From assembly GCA_947253735.1 (NCBI GenBank), contig CAMYAU010000001.1:1-41772 (forward strand): DNA of 41,772 bases, read 5' to 3'. Below are positions 28,625-39,340 of the stretch, piece after piece (the first letter of the stretch is position 1; the number at the start of each line of letters is the position of its first letter). Source of the DNA: an uncultured Varibaculum sp. (GTDB lineage: Bacteria > Actinomycetota > Actinomycetes > Actinomycetales > Actinomycetaceae). The notes beneath the pieces are model-generated. The model was not told where the DNA came from, did not search any database, and was given only the letters and a program-made list of their open reading frames with translations. The position numbers and the translations under genes were made by a program.

Positions 28625-29182
28625 CTAAATCTCCATTAGTTCTTTTTCTTTGGTCGCTAGCAGGGAATCCATAAGCTCTACCTGTTTCTTGGTCAAAGCC
28701 TCGATTTCCTTCTCCGCGCGTATTACTTCGTCCTCGCCGGCATCGCCATCTTTCTTCAGCTTAACTAGCTGATCCATAGCTTTGCGGCGAATACCGCGAA
28801 TGGTAACCCGGCCTTCCTCGGCTTTCTGTCCCGCAAGCTTCACATAGTCGCGGCGACGCTCTTCAGTCAGTTCCGGAAGAGTCACCCGGATATGGTTTCC
28901 TTCATCGGTGGGGTTAACTCCCAGGTCGCTGTCCCGAATTGCCTTAATAACATCGTTAGTAGAGGACTTGTCATAGGGGGAAATCAGCACCGTGCGCGGC
29001 TCGGGGATATTAATGGTGGCCAGTTGCTGCAAAGGTGTGGGCGCCCCATAGTACTCCACTAAAATCGGATTAAACATGGCGGCATTAGCACGTCCAGTGC
29101 GAATCGTAGTGAACTCTTCCCGGGAAAACTCGATGGCCTTTTCCATCTTCTCCTCGGCCTCAAGCAGAATATCGTCAATCAC
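28625..29182 (-). CDS. frr: Ribosome recycling factor
   Basis: IRTGRAN, YYGAPTPL, LTEERR. Confidence 0.98.
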   Translation of the reverse strand: MIDDILLEAEEKMEKAIEFSREEFTTIRTGRANAAMFNPILVEYYGAPTPLQQLATINIPEPRTVLISPYDKSSTNDVIKAIRDSDLGVNPTDEGNHIRVTLPELTEERRRDYVKLAGQKAEEGRVTIRGIRRKAMDQLVKLKKDGDAGEDEVIRAEKEIEALTKKQVELMDSLLATKEKELMEI

Positions 29183-29186
29183 TTGG

Positions 29187-29921
29187 CTACTCCTTTTCAG
29201 CAGAAACTAATGTACCGATTGTCTCACCCAGCAGGGCGGAAGTAACGTTGCCAGGCTCAGACATTCCAAAAACGCGCGTATCAAGTCCATTATCCATACA
29301 AAGACTGAAAGCGGTGGCATCCATAACTTTCAATTCTTTTTGAAGGGCCTCCTGATAGGTGAGGCGATCGAAACGAGTGGCGTTGGGATCGCGCTTCGGA
29401 TCTGCGCTATAGACCCCGTCAACCCCGTTTTTACCTACTAATAGCTCTTGACAATGAGTTTCGAGGGCGCGCTGGGCGCTGACAGTGTCGGTAGAAAAGA
29501 AGGGTAGGCCGGACCCGGCACCGAAAATTACTACCCGCCCTTTTTCCATATGGCGGACCGCTTTCAAGGGAATATAGGGTTCGGCAATCTGTCCCATAGT
29601 GATGGCGGTCTGCACTCGGGTGGTTACTCCTGCCTGTTCTAGCAGATCTTGTAGAGCCAGAGAGTTCATTACCGTCCCCAACATCCCCATATAGTCTGCG
29701 CGGGCCCGATCAAGACCGCGCTGGGAAAGTTCTGCGCCGCGGAAGAAATTACCCCCGCCAACTACTACCGCTACCTGGACTCCTTGCTCAACTGCAGCCC
29801 CAATCTGGTGAGCAACCGAATTGATTACATCCAGATCCATACCTACTTTTCCGCCCCCGAAGACCTCTCCGGATACTTTCAGCATCACTCTGCGTTGTTT
29901 ATTTCCAACTTCCTGGTTCAC
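29187..29921 (-). CDS. pyrH: UMP kinase
   Basis: [26 protein letters not shown]. Confidence 0.98.
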   Translation of the reverse strand: MNQEVGNKQRRVMLKVSGEVFGGGKVGMDLDVINSVAHQIGAAVEQGVQVAVVVGGGNFFRGAELSQRGLDRARADYMGMLGTVMNSLALQDLLEQAGVTTRVQTAITMGQIAEPYIPLKAVRHMEKGRVVIFGAGSGLPFFSTDTVSAQRALETHCQELLVGKNGVDGVYSADPKRDPNATRFDRLTYQEALQKELKVMDATAFSLCMDNGLDTRVFGMSEPGNVTSALLGETIGTLVSAEKE

Positions 29922-30063
29922 CCTTATCCCCTTAAATATTGTTGCTGTCCTCAGGCCCGCACGCCTGTTAATACCTTAACCCGAAGGTTATTGCCTGGGG
30001 AATGTTCCCCAAAATGCTTGTTATTATTTGCTCCGGTAATATGCCTGGTTTGGTCCCCTGAAC

Positions 30064-30106
30064 ATAAAAGTGTGGCCCCAGGTTTTCCCTGAGGCCACAT
30101 CTTTAT
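30064..30106 (-). terminator. Intrinsic terminator after rpsB-tsf
   Basis: TGTGGCC-C-CAGG / CCTG-A-GGCCACA stem just after the tsf stop, with a T run on the minus strand. Confidence 0.75.
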
Positions 30107-30110
30107 TTGC

Positions 30111-30947
30111 TTAAGAACCTACGTGGAAGCGGGCAAAAGCAGTAACTTTGCCACCGGAGGCTTTCACGATTTGTCCTACCGACTTCTTAGGATCTTTTGC
30201 GAAATCCTGGTCTAGCAGGCAGTTATCCTTGTAGAAGGAACCCATCCGGCCTTCCACAATCTTGTCAACGATCTTCTCTGGTTTGCCCTCTTTAAGGGTC
30301 ATTTCCCGCAGAGTATCGCGTTCCTTATCCAGTTCAGCCTGGGGAACTTCCTCGCGATCAATGAAACGGGGGCTGTAAGCGGCAATATGCAGCGCAACAT
30401 CGTGAGCAACTTCGGCGCCGGCCTTATCGGTGGCTACCAGTACCCCGACCTGCGCGGGCAGATCCGCGGAAGAGTAGTGCAGGTAGCTGGTCACGGCCCC
30501 GCCTTCAATCCGGGTTACCTTCCCCAAAACAATGTTTTCAGAGAAGAGGGCGCCAATTTCCTCTACCTTGTCTTTAACGGTGCCCTCGCCACATTTAGCA
30601 GCCAGGAGCTCTTCGCGAGTACTTACCCCGCTGTCCACCAGCGCCTGCATGATTTCCTCAGCGGCCTCCACGAACTTGGGAGACTTGCCCACGAAGTCAG
30701 TTTCGGAGTTCAGCTCTAGCATTACCCCGGCTTGTCCGTCCGCGGTGTCCAGTACTTTCGCAGTTACCAGACCATTAGCGGTAGAACGATCTTCCCGCTT
30801 AGCCAGAGATTTTTTACCCGCTAAACGGATCGCCTTTACGGCTGCGTCTTTATCGCCGTTTGCTTCTTCCAGTGCTTTCTTTACTTCCATCAGACCTGCG
30901 CCAGTCAATTCGCGCAGCTCTTTAATGTCTTGCATCGAAATAGCCAT
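30111..30947 (-). CDS. tsf: Elongation factor Ts
   Basis: IKELRELTGAG, ELNSETDFV, GKPEKIVDKIVEG. Confidence 0.98.
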   Translation of the reverse strand: MAISMQDIKELRELTGAGLMEVKKALEEANGDKDAAVKAIRLAGKKSLAKREDRSTANGLVTAKVLDTADGQAGVMLELNSETDFVGKSPKFVEAAEEIMQALVDSGVSTREELLAAKCGEGTVKDKVEEIGALFSENIVLGKVTRIEGGAVTSYLHYSSADLPAQVGVLVATDKAGAEVAHDVALHIAAYSPRFIDREEVPQAELDKERDTLREMTLKEGKPEKIVDKIVEGRMGSFYKDNCLLDQDFAKDPKKSVGQIVKASGGKVTAFARFHVGS

Positions 30948-30981
30948 AAGTATGTTCCTCTCGTTAACGATCCTTAGCGGA

Positions 30982-31869
30982 TTATTCAGATTTTTCTGCT
31001 TCAGCCGGGGCTTCTTTTTCTGAGGTAGCAGCAGACTCTTCGGCTTTCTTTTCCTCGCCCTCTTCGCTAGCCTCGTCCTTTGCGGTACCTTCTAGCAGTT
31101 CGCGTTCCCAATCGGCCAAGGGTTCTTCGCTGGAGGGAGCTCCTTCTTCACCTGCTTCTTTCTTAGTGGCCGCTTTTTGCGAACGAGCAATCAAGCCATC
31201 GGCGCAGGCATCAGCAATAATCCGGGTTAGCAGGGCTACCGAGCGGATAGCATCATCATTGCCGGGAATCCCGAACTCGATCTCGTCCGGATCACAGTTG
31301 GTGTCCAAGATGGCCACGATCGGAATATTTAATTTATTGGCTTCTGCCACTGCGAGATGTTCTTTGTTGGTGTCAACGATCCAGACAGCGGAGGGGATAC
31401 GCGCCATATCACGGATACCACCCAGAGTGCGGGAAAGTTTATCTTTCTCGCGGCTCATCATCAGCAGTTCTTTCTTAGTACGTCCCGAACCGGCAACATC
31501 ATCGAAGTCGATTTGTTCTAGTTCCCGCAGGCGCTGCAAGCGCTTATGCACAGTCCCGAAGTTAGTGAGCATACCACCCAACCAGCGCTGGTTCACATAG
31601 GGCATCCCTACCCGCTCGGCCTGTTCGGCGATGGAGTCTTGGGCTTGTTTCTTGGTGCCGACAAAGAGGATGTTTCCCCCGCGCAGCACGGTTTGCCGCA
31701 CGAAATCGTAGGCACGATTAATTCCATCGAGAGACTGCGCCAAATCGATTACATAAATACCGTTGCGATCAGTCAAGATGAAGGGCTTCATCTTGGGGTT
31801 CCAACGCCGGGTTTGATGTCCAAAGTGAACGCCGCTCTTCAGCAGCTCAGACATGGTTACTACCGCCAT
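30982..31869 (-). CDS. rpsB: 30S ribosomal protein S2
   Basis: [33 protein letters not shown]. Confidence 0.99.
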   Translation of the reverse strand: MAVVTMSELLKSGVHFGHQTRRWNPKMKPFILTDRNGIYVIDLAQSLDGINRAYDFVRQTVLRGGNILFVGTKKQAQDSIAEQAERVGMPYVNQRWLGGMLTNFGTVHKRLQRLRELEQIDFDDVAGSGRTKKELLMMSREKDKLSRTLGGIRDMARIPSAVWIVDTNKEHLAVAEANKLNIPIVAILDTNCDPDEIEFGIPGNDDAIRSVALLTRIIADACADGLIARSQKAATKKEAGEEGAPSSEEPLADWERELLEGTAKDEASEEGEEKKAEESAATSEKEAPAEAEKSE

Positions 31870-32090
31870 GACTTCCTTTCAGTGCGCCTAGGGCGCACGC
31901 GTTTGGGGGCTATTGCCCCGGTTTACGGTTTCCATTCGGTTCCTGGCACGACGTCCGCTGACACCCATTTTTACCGGTAGAGACCCTTTTGGGATTAGTC
32001 CCAAAAGGTCGCTGCCAAAAACAGGACCGAAGCCAGCGTGACCCAGCGAGGCTGGTAGTCGTACGCGAAGTCACCTGGCAAGCCAGGTGC
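31870..32090 (-). promoter_or_regulatory. Structured rpsB 5' leader (probable S2 autoregulatory RNA, t44-like)
   Basis: About 200-nt ORF-free leader with hairpins at 31882-31898, 31982-32010 and 32072-32089. Identity is inferred from position, not from a covariance-model match. Confidence 0.55.
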
Positions 32091-32289
32091 TAATAGCTAG
32101 CTTAGCGGGAAATAGCGACCTACCCCAAGCTGAAAAGGGCACTGAACAGTGTTAATCTGCTGACAGTTTCCCAGATTGTACTGGTATTTCTACTTTTCCT
32201 AGCTATCCCCAAGGCAGATGGTTACCGGTTTTCCTTATTAGCTTATTTAGAAGTTTCCGCCAGCACTTACCGCATCCAGGCTAGAAGCT

Positions 32290-32835
32290 ATGAAGCGATC
32301 TTCTCCCCCGCCACTGCTACTCTTGGCGGCGTTATCCGCCATCTGTTTACTGGCGTCTTCTCCTGCTCCGCCAGTTCCAGCTGCCGTTCGCCCCGCAAGT
32401 AACGCTCAGCTGGTAGATCTGCGGCAACTTTCTGGCGAAATCGGGTTTTATCATTGGCCCAGTCGCACTCCTGTAAAGATTTTACGTCCTTTCGACCCCC
32501 CAAGCTCCCCTTGGGGTAGCGGACACCGGGGAGTTGATTTGGACATTTCGGCAGGCAGTGAGATTTTTAGTGCGCGGGAAGGAACCGTATTTTTTGTGGG
32601 AACTATTGCGGGCAGCCCCAGCATTTCGATTAAACATTCGGAGCTGATTCGCACCACTTACACCCCCGTGAAAAGTGATTTAACGGTGGGAACAGCGGTG
32701 GCGGCCGACCAAAAGATTGGAATCCTCCAGGCAGGTCACCCGGGTTTACATTTTGGGGCAAAGATTGATGATTACCACTACCTAAATCCCCTGCTGCTAA
32801 TCCTGGGACCGATTCGTTTGCTTCCCAATCCCTAA
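32290..32835 (+). CDS. M23 family peptidase with signal peptide
   Basis: GHRGVD and LHFG motifs, YLNPL; divergent from rpsB as in other Actinobacteria. Confidence 0.9.
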   Translation: MKRSSPPPLLLLAALSAICLLASSPAPPVPAAVRPASNAQLVDLRQLSGEIGFYHWPSRTPVKILRPFDPPSSPWGSGHRGVDLDISAGSEIFSAREGTVFFVGTIAGSPSISIKHSELIRTTYTPVKSDLTVGTAVAADQKIGILQAGHPGLHFGAKIDDYHYLNPLLLILGPIRLLPNP

Positions 32836-32987
32836 CCATCAGTAGGTTTAAATCGTGGTTTTCCGTGTTTAGTTTTACTGGTGTCTGCAGCTACCAGGTC
32901 ACTACCTACAGTCACCACGCCGTGTCCCCTCCCGATTGCGCACCGGTAGCGACTGCCCTTTTCAGTTAGCGAAACATTTTAGACAAT

Positions 32988-33923
32988 CTAGGCACGGGGG
33001 AAAGCCTGCTGGTAGGCGCCGATTATCCGCTGCGCATCCACATGGGTGTAGCGCTGGGTAGTAGACAGCGCAGAGTGTCCTAACATTTCCTGGATTACCC
33101 GCAGATCCGCCCCGCCTTCTAACATATGAGAAGCCATCGAGTGGCGCAGGCCATGAGGGCCTAAATCGGGTACTCCCGCCAGGGCACAGGCACGGTGTAA
33201 GCGGCCCCGCACGATTCTTTCCGAAACAGCACCACCTTGTGCCCCTAAGAATAGGGCGTCATTGGGCAGAGCCTTTTGTAACTGCCCCCGAGCCTCCTGC
33301 AGATAAAACTGCAGAGCCTTGTCCGCCTGGGCACTAAAAGGAACTATTCGTTCTTTAGAGCCTTTACCCCATAGCCGCACAGTACGAGCCTCGAAATCAA
33401 TATCTTCCGGCCGCAGAGAGCAAATCTCCCCCACCCGGGCCCCGGTAGCGTAGATTAACTCGAAAATTGCCCAATCTCGCGCCAATACTGCCTCGCTCTC
33501 GGCTTGACTTTCACACCAGCTGAGTAGCTGTTTCGCTTGGTCAACCGATAGCAGGTGGGGCAGGTTCTTCGCAGTTTTCGGGGTACGCAGTTGCTTCGCA
33601 AAATCTACTTCTACTATGTGGTTTTGTTTCGCCCATTTCGAAAAGGCCCGCAGCGCCGCGATTTTTCGCGCAACCGTGGTATTCGATTGCCCTTCAGAAC
33701 GCAATTGCGCTAACCAGTTACGTGCCGCCAGCAAGGTGCAGGCTGGTGAAATCGATTGTTCTTCTTTGATTTGGCAATGATCCAGCCAGCCACGCAAATC
33801 TGCTAGATAGGCTTTAATGGAGGCCGGCGAAAATGATTTCGCATATTTCAGGTAGTGGCGATATTCCTCGAGCGCCTCCTCCCGCTTCGCTGCCCGCATT
33901 CTTAGCCCCCCACCTTTTTCCAT
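32988..33923 (-). CDS. xerC: Tyrosine recombinase XerC (start probably ATG 33899)
   Basis: YATGARVGE, GKGSKER, HGLRHSMASH, LGH, TTQRYTH; directly downstream of dprA. Confidence 0.92.
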   Translation of the reverse strand: MEKGGGLRMRAAKREEALEEYRHYLKYAKSFSPASIKAYLADLRGWLDHCQIKEEQSISPACTLLAARNWLAQLRSEGQSNTTVARKIAALRAFSKWAKQNHIVEVDFAKQLRTPKTAKNLPHLLSVDQAKQLLSWCESQAESEAVLARDWAIFELIYATGARVGEICSLRPEDIDFEARTVRLWGKGSKERIVPFSAQADKALQFYLQEARGQLQKALPNDALFLGAQGGAVSERIVRGRLHRACALAGVPDLGPHGLRHSMASHMLEGGADLRVIQEMLGHSALSTTQRYTHVDAQRIIGAYQQAFPRA

Positions 33924-35071
33924 TTACCGGCCACTTGTACCACTCGTCCATCCATTTCCAGGTTACCCATTATCGCGGCCACTTCTTCTATGGCTGCCCC
34001 GCTGGCACGGGCAATTGCCTCCACACTAAGCGGTCTGCACAGCCCAGTAGCATCCAAAATCCGCGCACTCAAAGGATCCAGGCCATCAAGGTAGCCTGGT
34101 TGTACTCGGGTACGATCACTGGTGACCGTCCCCAAAGGTGCGATCATTTCTAATATATCCTCGGCACCGCTAATCAAAGTGGCCCCGTCTCTAATTAACT
34201 GGTTGGAACCTGCCCATTCGCATTGATTAATCGGGCCGGGTACTGCTCCTACTTGCCGTCCCAGCTCCATACTGTGCCGGGCAGTATTAAGGGCTCCCGA
34301 GCGAAAACCCGCCTGGATTACCACTGTTGCACCTGATAGCGCCGCTATTAACCGATTGCGATCCAAGAATCGCCAACGGGTAGGACGGGCTCCGGGTGGG
34401 TATTGGCTGAGCAACAGGCCGCTGCGGGCAATCTCTTTAAACATCTCGCTATTTGAGGCCGGGTAAGGACGATCCAGTCCCCCAGCTAGCAGACTAATAG
34501 TAGGGGTTTTGGCTCGCAGACACGCCTGGTGAACCAGGCGATCTACCCCGTATGCTCCCCCAGATACTAGGGTCATCCCCTCTCCGGCGCAGCGCCAGGC
34601 AAGTTCGGTGGCTATATCGTGTCCCAGATTAGAAACGGCGCGCGCCCCCACCATGGCCACGGTTTTATCACTGTTGTCATTGAGCAATGAGGTATCACCG
34701 AGTGCCCACAGCGCCCAAGGAGCATAGCTAAGATTATTGAACACTGCCGGCCAATCCGCGTCGCGACGAGTAACTAGCTGAAAACGCCCTCGGGAAAGCA
34801 TCTTTTCTAAGGCGGGTAAATCTAGGACTTCTAGGCGGCCCCGCCAGCGGGAAAAAGACTTACCCCATATATCAGCCCCTGTGCGTCGCAATAGCTCTAC
34901 CGGCAGATAGGTGTGCCAGCGCCCCGGATCATCACCGGCGGCACGGCGAGCAATTTGAAGCGCAGCAACTGGACCCAACTCATTCAGAAGCAGATCTGCC
35001 GCCGAATCGCCCGCCTCGGTTATGCGGGACCAGCAGGCACAGGCCAAACGGTACTGATAATTATCCTCCAT
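33902..35071 (-). CDS. dprA: DNA-processing protein DprA
   Basis: VAMVGAR, VSGGAYGVD, FLDRNRLIAALS, SGALNTA, C-terminal winged helix. Confidence 0.95.
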   Translation of the reverse strand: MEDNYQYRLACACWSRITEAGDSAADLLLNELGPVAALQIARRAAGDDPGRWHTYLPVELLRRTGADIWGKSFSRWRGRLEVLDLPALEKMLSRGRFQLVTRRDADWPAVFNNLSYAPWALWALGDTSLLNDNSDKTVAMVGARAVSNLGHDIATELAWRCAGEGMTLVSGGAYGVDRLVHQACLRAKTPTISLLAGGLDRPYPASNSEMFKEIARSGLLLSQYPPGARPTRWRFLDRNRLIAALSGATVVIQAGFRSGALNTARHSMELGRQVGAVPGPINQCEWAGSNQLIRDGATLISGAEDILEMIAPLGTVTSDRTRVQPGYLDGLDPLSARILDATGLCRPLSVEAIARASGAAIEEVAAIMGNLEMDGRVVQVAGKWKKVGG

Positions 35072-35095
35072 GATGTCTCCTAGAAATTTTGTGAA

Positions 35096-36649
35096 CTAAT
35101 TGGGGCGTTGTGAAGTTCTAAGCGAATAGGCGAGACCAAAATCTTCTCTGCTAGGTTTATCTCGCCCATGAAGATCGGCAACCGTCCACGCTACCCGGCA
35201 GATGCGATCTGCTCCACGCATAGAGATTCGCCCGGAACCCACCAGCTGATCTAAGCGATTTTTGGTGGCGGAATCTAGCCGCTGTTTCAAAATGCGACTA
35301 GGTATTCGCGCGTTAAGGACTATTCCCTGCTCTTTCCAGCGCTCTTGCGCGCGTTCACGCGCCTGTAGCACCCGCTCCCGTACAGTTTTACTGCTTTCTG
35401 GAATCTCCGTTGTGGTTAAATCCGTGATTTTAGGGCGTCCCACTTGGCACTGCAGGTCGATGCGATCCATCAGAGGACCAGACAGCCGAGACAAATAACG
35501 TACCCGCTGGTAAGGAGTACATTTGCATTCTACTTCCGGCTGTCCCCACATCCCACAAGGACAAGGGTTGGCCGCAATCACCAGCTGGAAAGCTGCGGGA
35601 AAACTGGTTACTGCCCGCGAACGATGCACAGTTATTTTTGAGGTTTCCAGCGGCTGCCTTAAAGCATCTAGGCTACGGGTTTGAAACTCCGGGGCTTCAT
35701 CTAGGAATAGGACCCCACGGTGCGCTAAAGAAATCGCGCCAGGGGTAGCAATCCCACTTCCTCCCCCGATCAAAGCCGGGAGCGTAGCGGAATGGTGCGG
35801 GGCTATAAAGGGCGGGCAGCGTATTAGCCCGTTAGCGGGGATAAAAGTTCCTGCCAGCGAATGAATTGAGGTAACTTCCAAGGTTTCTTCATCATTTAAT
35901 GGCGGCAGAATTCCCGGTAGACACCGCGCCAGCATCGTTTTTCCGGCCCCGGGAACCCCGATAAAACTCAAATTATGTCCCCCGGCCGCGGCAATCTCTA
36001 AAGCTTGCCGCGCGAGAAAAGCACCCCGTACCTCTTGTAAATCGGGGGTTTCCTCTCCTGATGAGGATGGGATAACTTCCGGCGCAGCCGGTTTCTCTAA
36101 AGTTTTAAGCTGAGCTACCCGCTCTTTCATTTTCCGCATCCCCAGGTACAACAATGCTTCTACCAGGTGCGAAACCCCGATAATCTCTATTCCCTCGATT
36201 AGGGAGGCTTCGGAAACCGCCTCGGAGGCCACCATAACTTTTTTAAAACCGGCACGTCGCGCCGCCAAAACCTGCGGCAGGATTCCTTTTACCCGATAGA
36301 CCCGTCCATCCAGGCCTAGTTCCCCACAAAACGCCATCCCGGCCGTCCTTTTTTGCACCCCCTCATAGCGGGAAGCCACTACCGCCAGTGCAATCGGTAA
36401 ATCAAAACCGGAACCAGTCTTAGGTAGCTCCGCCGGGGAGAGATTGACCGTTAACCGAGTGGGTTCCCAGCGTAGACCCGTAGAGGCAATCGCGGCTTCT
36501 ACCCGAGAACGGGATTCGCGCAGCGAAGCGTCCGGCAAACCCACTAGAGCAAATGCGGGCAACCCTTGAGTATGATGCGCTTCGACTTTAATTAAATGCC
36601 CCTGCAAGCCCACCATGCCAAGAGCGAAACAAGTTCCGATTTGTGCCAT
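35096..36649 (-). CDS. comM: YifB/ComM Mg-chelatase-like AAA+ ATPase
   Basis: VNLSPA, GVPGAGKT, PFIAPHH, SLAHRGVLFLDE, NPCPCG, SGPLMDRID. Confidence 0.93.
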   Translation of the reverse strand: MAQIGTCFALGMVGLQGHLIKVEAHHTQGLPAFALVGLPDASLRESRSRVEAAIASTGLRWEPTRLTVNLSPAELPKTGSGFDLPIALAVVASRYEGVQKRTAGMAFCGELGLDGRVYRVKGILPQVLAARRAGFKKVMVASEAVSEASLIEGIEIIGVSHLVEALLYLGMRKMKERVAQLKTLEKPAAPEVIPSSSGEETPDLQEVRGAFLARQALEIAAAGGHNLSFIGVPGAGKTMLARCLPGILPPLNDEETLEVTSIHSLAGTFIPANGLIRCPPFIAPHHSATLPALIGGGSGIATPGAISLAHRGVLFLDEAPEFQTRSLDALRQPLETSKITVHRSRAVTSFPAAFQLVIAANPCPCGMWGQPEVECKCTPYQRVRYLSRLSGPLMDRIDLQCQVGRPKITDLTTTEIPESSKTVRERVLQARERAQERWKEQGIVLNARIPSRILKQRLDSATKNRLDQLVGSGRISMRGADRICRVAWTVADLHGRDKPSREDFGLAYSLRTSQRPN

Positions 36650-36650
36650 C

Positions 36651-37019
36651 TCAAATCCCCCGACAGTGGGTAATCAGGGGAGCTTTCCCGGCACTAGCAT
36701 CAATAGCAATCAGATCAATGCGTACTCCGCCTGCTCCTGCCATATCGGGATGGCGACTAAGCCAAAGACTCACCAATTGGCGCAAGCGGCAATATTTTTC
36801 GCGTCCTATTCCCCGCTTCGCTCCCCCATATTGCTGGGTGGTACGCGTTTTTACCTCTGCAAATACCAGCCGAGTAGAGGTAGGATCGCGGCAAATAATA
36901 TCGACCTCCCCAAAGCGACACCGCCAGTTACGATCAATTATTTGATACCCGCATTCTGTAAGCATGCGGGCGGCCAGGTCCTCCCCTGCAGCACCGATTT
37001 CCCGATTTTTGGTTCCCAT
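36651..37019 (-). CDS. yraN: YraN (UPF0102) family nuclease-fold protein
   Basis: GAAGEDLA, RNWRCRFGEVDII, FAEVKTR, RIDLIAI; start set to ATG 37019. Confidence 0.93.
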   Translation of the reverse strand: MGTKNREIGAAGEDLAARMLTECGYQIIDRNWRCRFGEVDIICRDPTSTRLVFAEVKTRTTQQYGGAKRGIGREKYCRLRQLVSLWLSRHPDMAGAGGVRIDLIAIDASAGKAPLITHCRGI

Positions 37020-37217
37020 GCTGTAAGGGTGGCGCAATACATGCGGGAACAAAACTTTTTATTTACCGGTCAAGGAAAACCGGGAGTGCACTCCCCCTTG
37101 GGGACATTTGAGGACAGACATCACCCTCCGCACCGCAAAGCCCACTCATCTTGGTGAAATCCGGCAAGCTAGCACAGGAGACGTGCTCTCTAAATGTAGC
37201 TAGCAGTCCCCGAATAA

Positions 37218-38774
37218 CTAGTTGTCTTGGTGAGGACTGCGGATCAAGTAGCTAAAGGCCCCCAAGGCAGCATTAGCGCCAGCCCCCAACGCAATCACGA
37301 TTTGTTTATGAGGAGTATCGGTGCAATCTCCAGCCGCAAAAATTCCCGGCTCCGAGGTTGCGCCACAGTTATCTACCTTGACGTAACCATCTGCCAACTC
37401 TACAGTTCCCTGTAACCAATCAGTATTGGGAATTGAGCCGATCTGCACAAAAATCCCATCTACCTGCAAATTTTGATTCTTACCTTCGGCATCAATGTAT
37501 TCTAAACCGGTAACTCGATGGCCATCACCCAGCACCTTAGTGGTATTGGCAGAATTGATTACCTTAACATTAGGATGCTTCACCAGGCGATCCACCAGTA
37601 CCTTATCGGCTTTCAGCTGGTCAGCAAGATCAATCACGGTGACTTCGCGAGCCAGTGCCGCCAAGTCAATAGCGGCTTCTAACGCCGAGTTTCCTCCCCC
37701 CATAACTGCAACTTTACGATCGGCAAACAGTGGCCCATCACAGTGGGGACAGAAGGTTACCCCCCGGTTCAGATATTGTTCTTCTCCGGGAATCTCTAGA
37801 CGTCTAAAACTGGTTCCCACGCAAAGCACTACTGAGCGTGCTTGTAGCTGCGCTCCCCCCTCGGTAATAACCGGGATTAGCCCGTCCTCTCCCCGTTTTC
37901 CGATTTTCTCTACCTTGAGTCCACCTATTTGCTCAATAGCGTAATCTCGTAGGTTGGCCTGGAAGGTTGCCGCCAGCTCTTCCGGTTGGACCCGCTCGAG
38001 AGTAATCAGGTTTTCGATCTGACCACCCTCTAGTACTTGCCCCCCGATACGGTCTGCTACGATCCCGACTCGCAACTGTTTGCGCGCAGCATAAACTGCA
38101 GCAGCGGTGGCAGCCGGACCACCGCCTATCACCAGCACATCGAAAGGCTCCAGGGCATTCAAACGCTTCAAGCGTAGCCCGGTCATCCCCCGCCCAATCT
38201 TGGCCACGATCTGTTCGAGGTTCACTCTGCCCTGTAAGAACACTTCCCCATCTTTTAGTACTGTGGGCACGGACTGCAGGTGGTTATGCTCGAACTCTTC
38301 CCAGAAAGTTCCTCCATCTACAGTGGTGTGTTTAATCAGAGGATTAAGTACCGAAATCGCGTTCAAGGATTGCACCACATCGGGGCAATTCATACAGGAA
38401 AGCGAAACATAGGTAGTGAGTTCCGCAGGTTCGTCTATCTCTTTAATCGCGGCAATAATATCGGCATCGGCCTTCACCGGATGCCCCCCTACCTGCAGTA
38501 ACGCAAGGATGAAACTATTGAACTCGGTCCCGGTAGGCACCCCTGCAAAACGCACGTTAATATCGGAATCAACTCGCCGAATCGCAAAAGAAGGTTTGCG
38601 CGGATTTTCTTCCCATTTAACCTGAATCAGATCCGACAATCCCGCAATCTGGTGCAAAATCTCGGAGGTCTGCTTGGAGTGTTCACTGTAATCAAGCGAG
38701 GTGGCCAGCTCAATCGGGTATTTAATCAACCCAATAACTTGTTTTACCTGGTCAAGTATTTTTTCTTCTAGCAT
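37218..38774 (-). CDS. ahpF: Alkyl hydroperoxide reductase subunit F
   Basis: N-terminal thioredoxin-like domain with EFNSFILALL and CMNC, GGGPA, CPHCDG, GGGNS, AAGD. Confidence 0.95.
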   Translation of the reverse strand: MLEEKILDQVKQVIGLIKYPIELATSLDYSEHSKQTSEILHQIAGLSDLIQVKWEENPRKPSFAIRRVDSDINVRFAGVPTGTEFNSFILALLQVGGHPVKADADIIAAIKEIDEPAELTTYVSLSCMNCPDVVQSLNAISVLNPLIKHTTVDGGTFWEEFEHNHLQSVPTVLKDGEVFLQGRVNLEQIVAKIGRGMTGLRLKRLNALEPFDVLVIGGGPAATAAAVYAARKQLRVGIVADRIGGQVLEGGQIENLITLERVQPEELAATFQANLRDYAIEQIGGLKVEKIGKRGEDGLIPVITEGGAQLQARSVVLCVGTSFRRLEIPGEEQYLNRGVTFCPHCDGPLFADRKVAVMGGGNSALEAAIDLAALAREVTVIDLADQLKADKVLVDRLVKHPNVKVINSANTTKVLGDGHRVTGLEYIDAEGKNQNLQVDGIFVQIGSIPNTDWLQGTVELADGYVKVDNCGATSEPGIFAAGDCTDTPHKQIVIALGAGANAALGAFSYLIRSPHQDN

Positions 38775-38776
38775 GT

Positions 38777-39340
38777 TTATAGCTTCCCAGAGAGATCAAA
38801 GGTCGGGGTAATAGTACTCTCCCCCAAGTCCCAATTCGCGGGGCAAACTTCATCGGGATGGTCATAAATATACTGTGCCGCTCGCACTTTCCGCAGCAGT
38901 TCCCCTGCGCTGCGGCCGACTGCATCGGAAGTGGTCTCTACGTATTGGACAATCCCACTGGGGTCAATCAGGAAGGTACAACGATAGGCGCACCCGGATT
39001 CTTCATCCAAGGCTCCAAAGGCCCGTGAAATCTTCCCGGTCGGGTCGGCCACCATCGGGAAGGAAATCTTTTGGATTCGCTTGGAACTGTCATGCCAGGC
39101 CTTGTGAGAATGATGCTTATCGGTAGAGACCGAGTAGACCTCTACCCCCATCCGCTGCAGCTGGGCATAATTGTCGGCTAGGTCCTCTAACTCGGTGGGA
39201 CAAACATAGGAAAAATCTGCCGGATAGAAGAAAACAATCGCCCATTTATCGCGGTAATCCTCACTGGATACATCCACAAAGGAGTCATTGTAGAACGCTA
39301 TCCCGGACCAGTCCGGCGCTACAGTATTGATCTTGGACAC
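38777..39340 (-). CDS. ahpC: Alkyl hydroperoxide reductase subunit C (2-Cys peroxiredoxin)
   Basis: FYPADFSYVCPTE and EVCPANW. Confidence 0.96.
   Translation of the reverse strand: MSKINTVAPDWSGIAFYNDSFVDVSSEDYRDKWAIVFFYPADFSYVCPTELEDLADNYAQLQRMGVEVYSVSTDKHHSHKAWHDSSKRIQKISFPMVADPTGKISRAFGALDEESGCAYRCTFLIDPSGIVQYVETTSDAVGRSAGELLRKVRAAQYIYDHPDEVCPANWDLGESTITPTFDLSGKL

Noticed and set aside
32988..33923. Tyrosine recombinase as a phage or island integrase
   Set aside because: Size, lack of an arm-binding domain and the dprA-xerC context identify housekeeping XerC; no att sites or cargo nearby.
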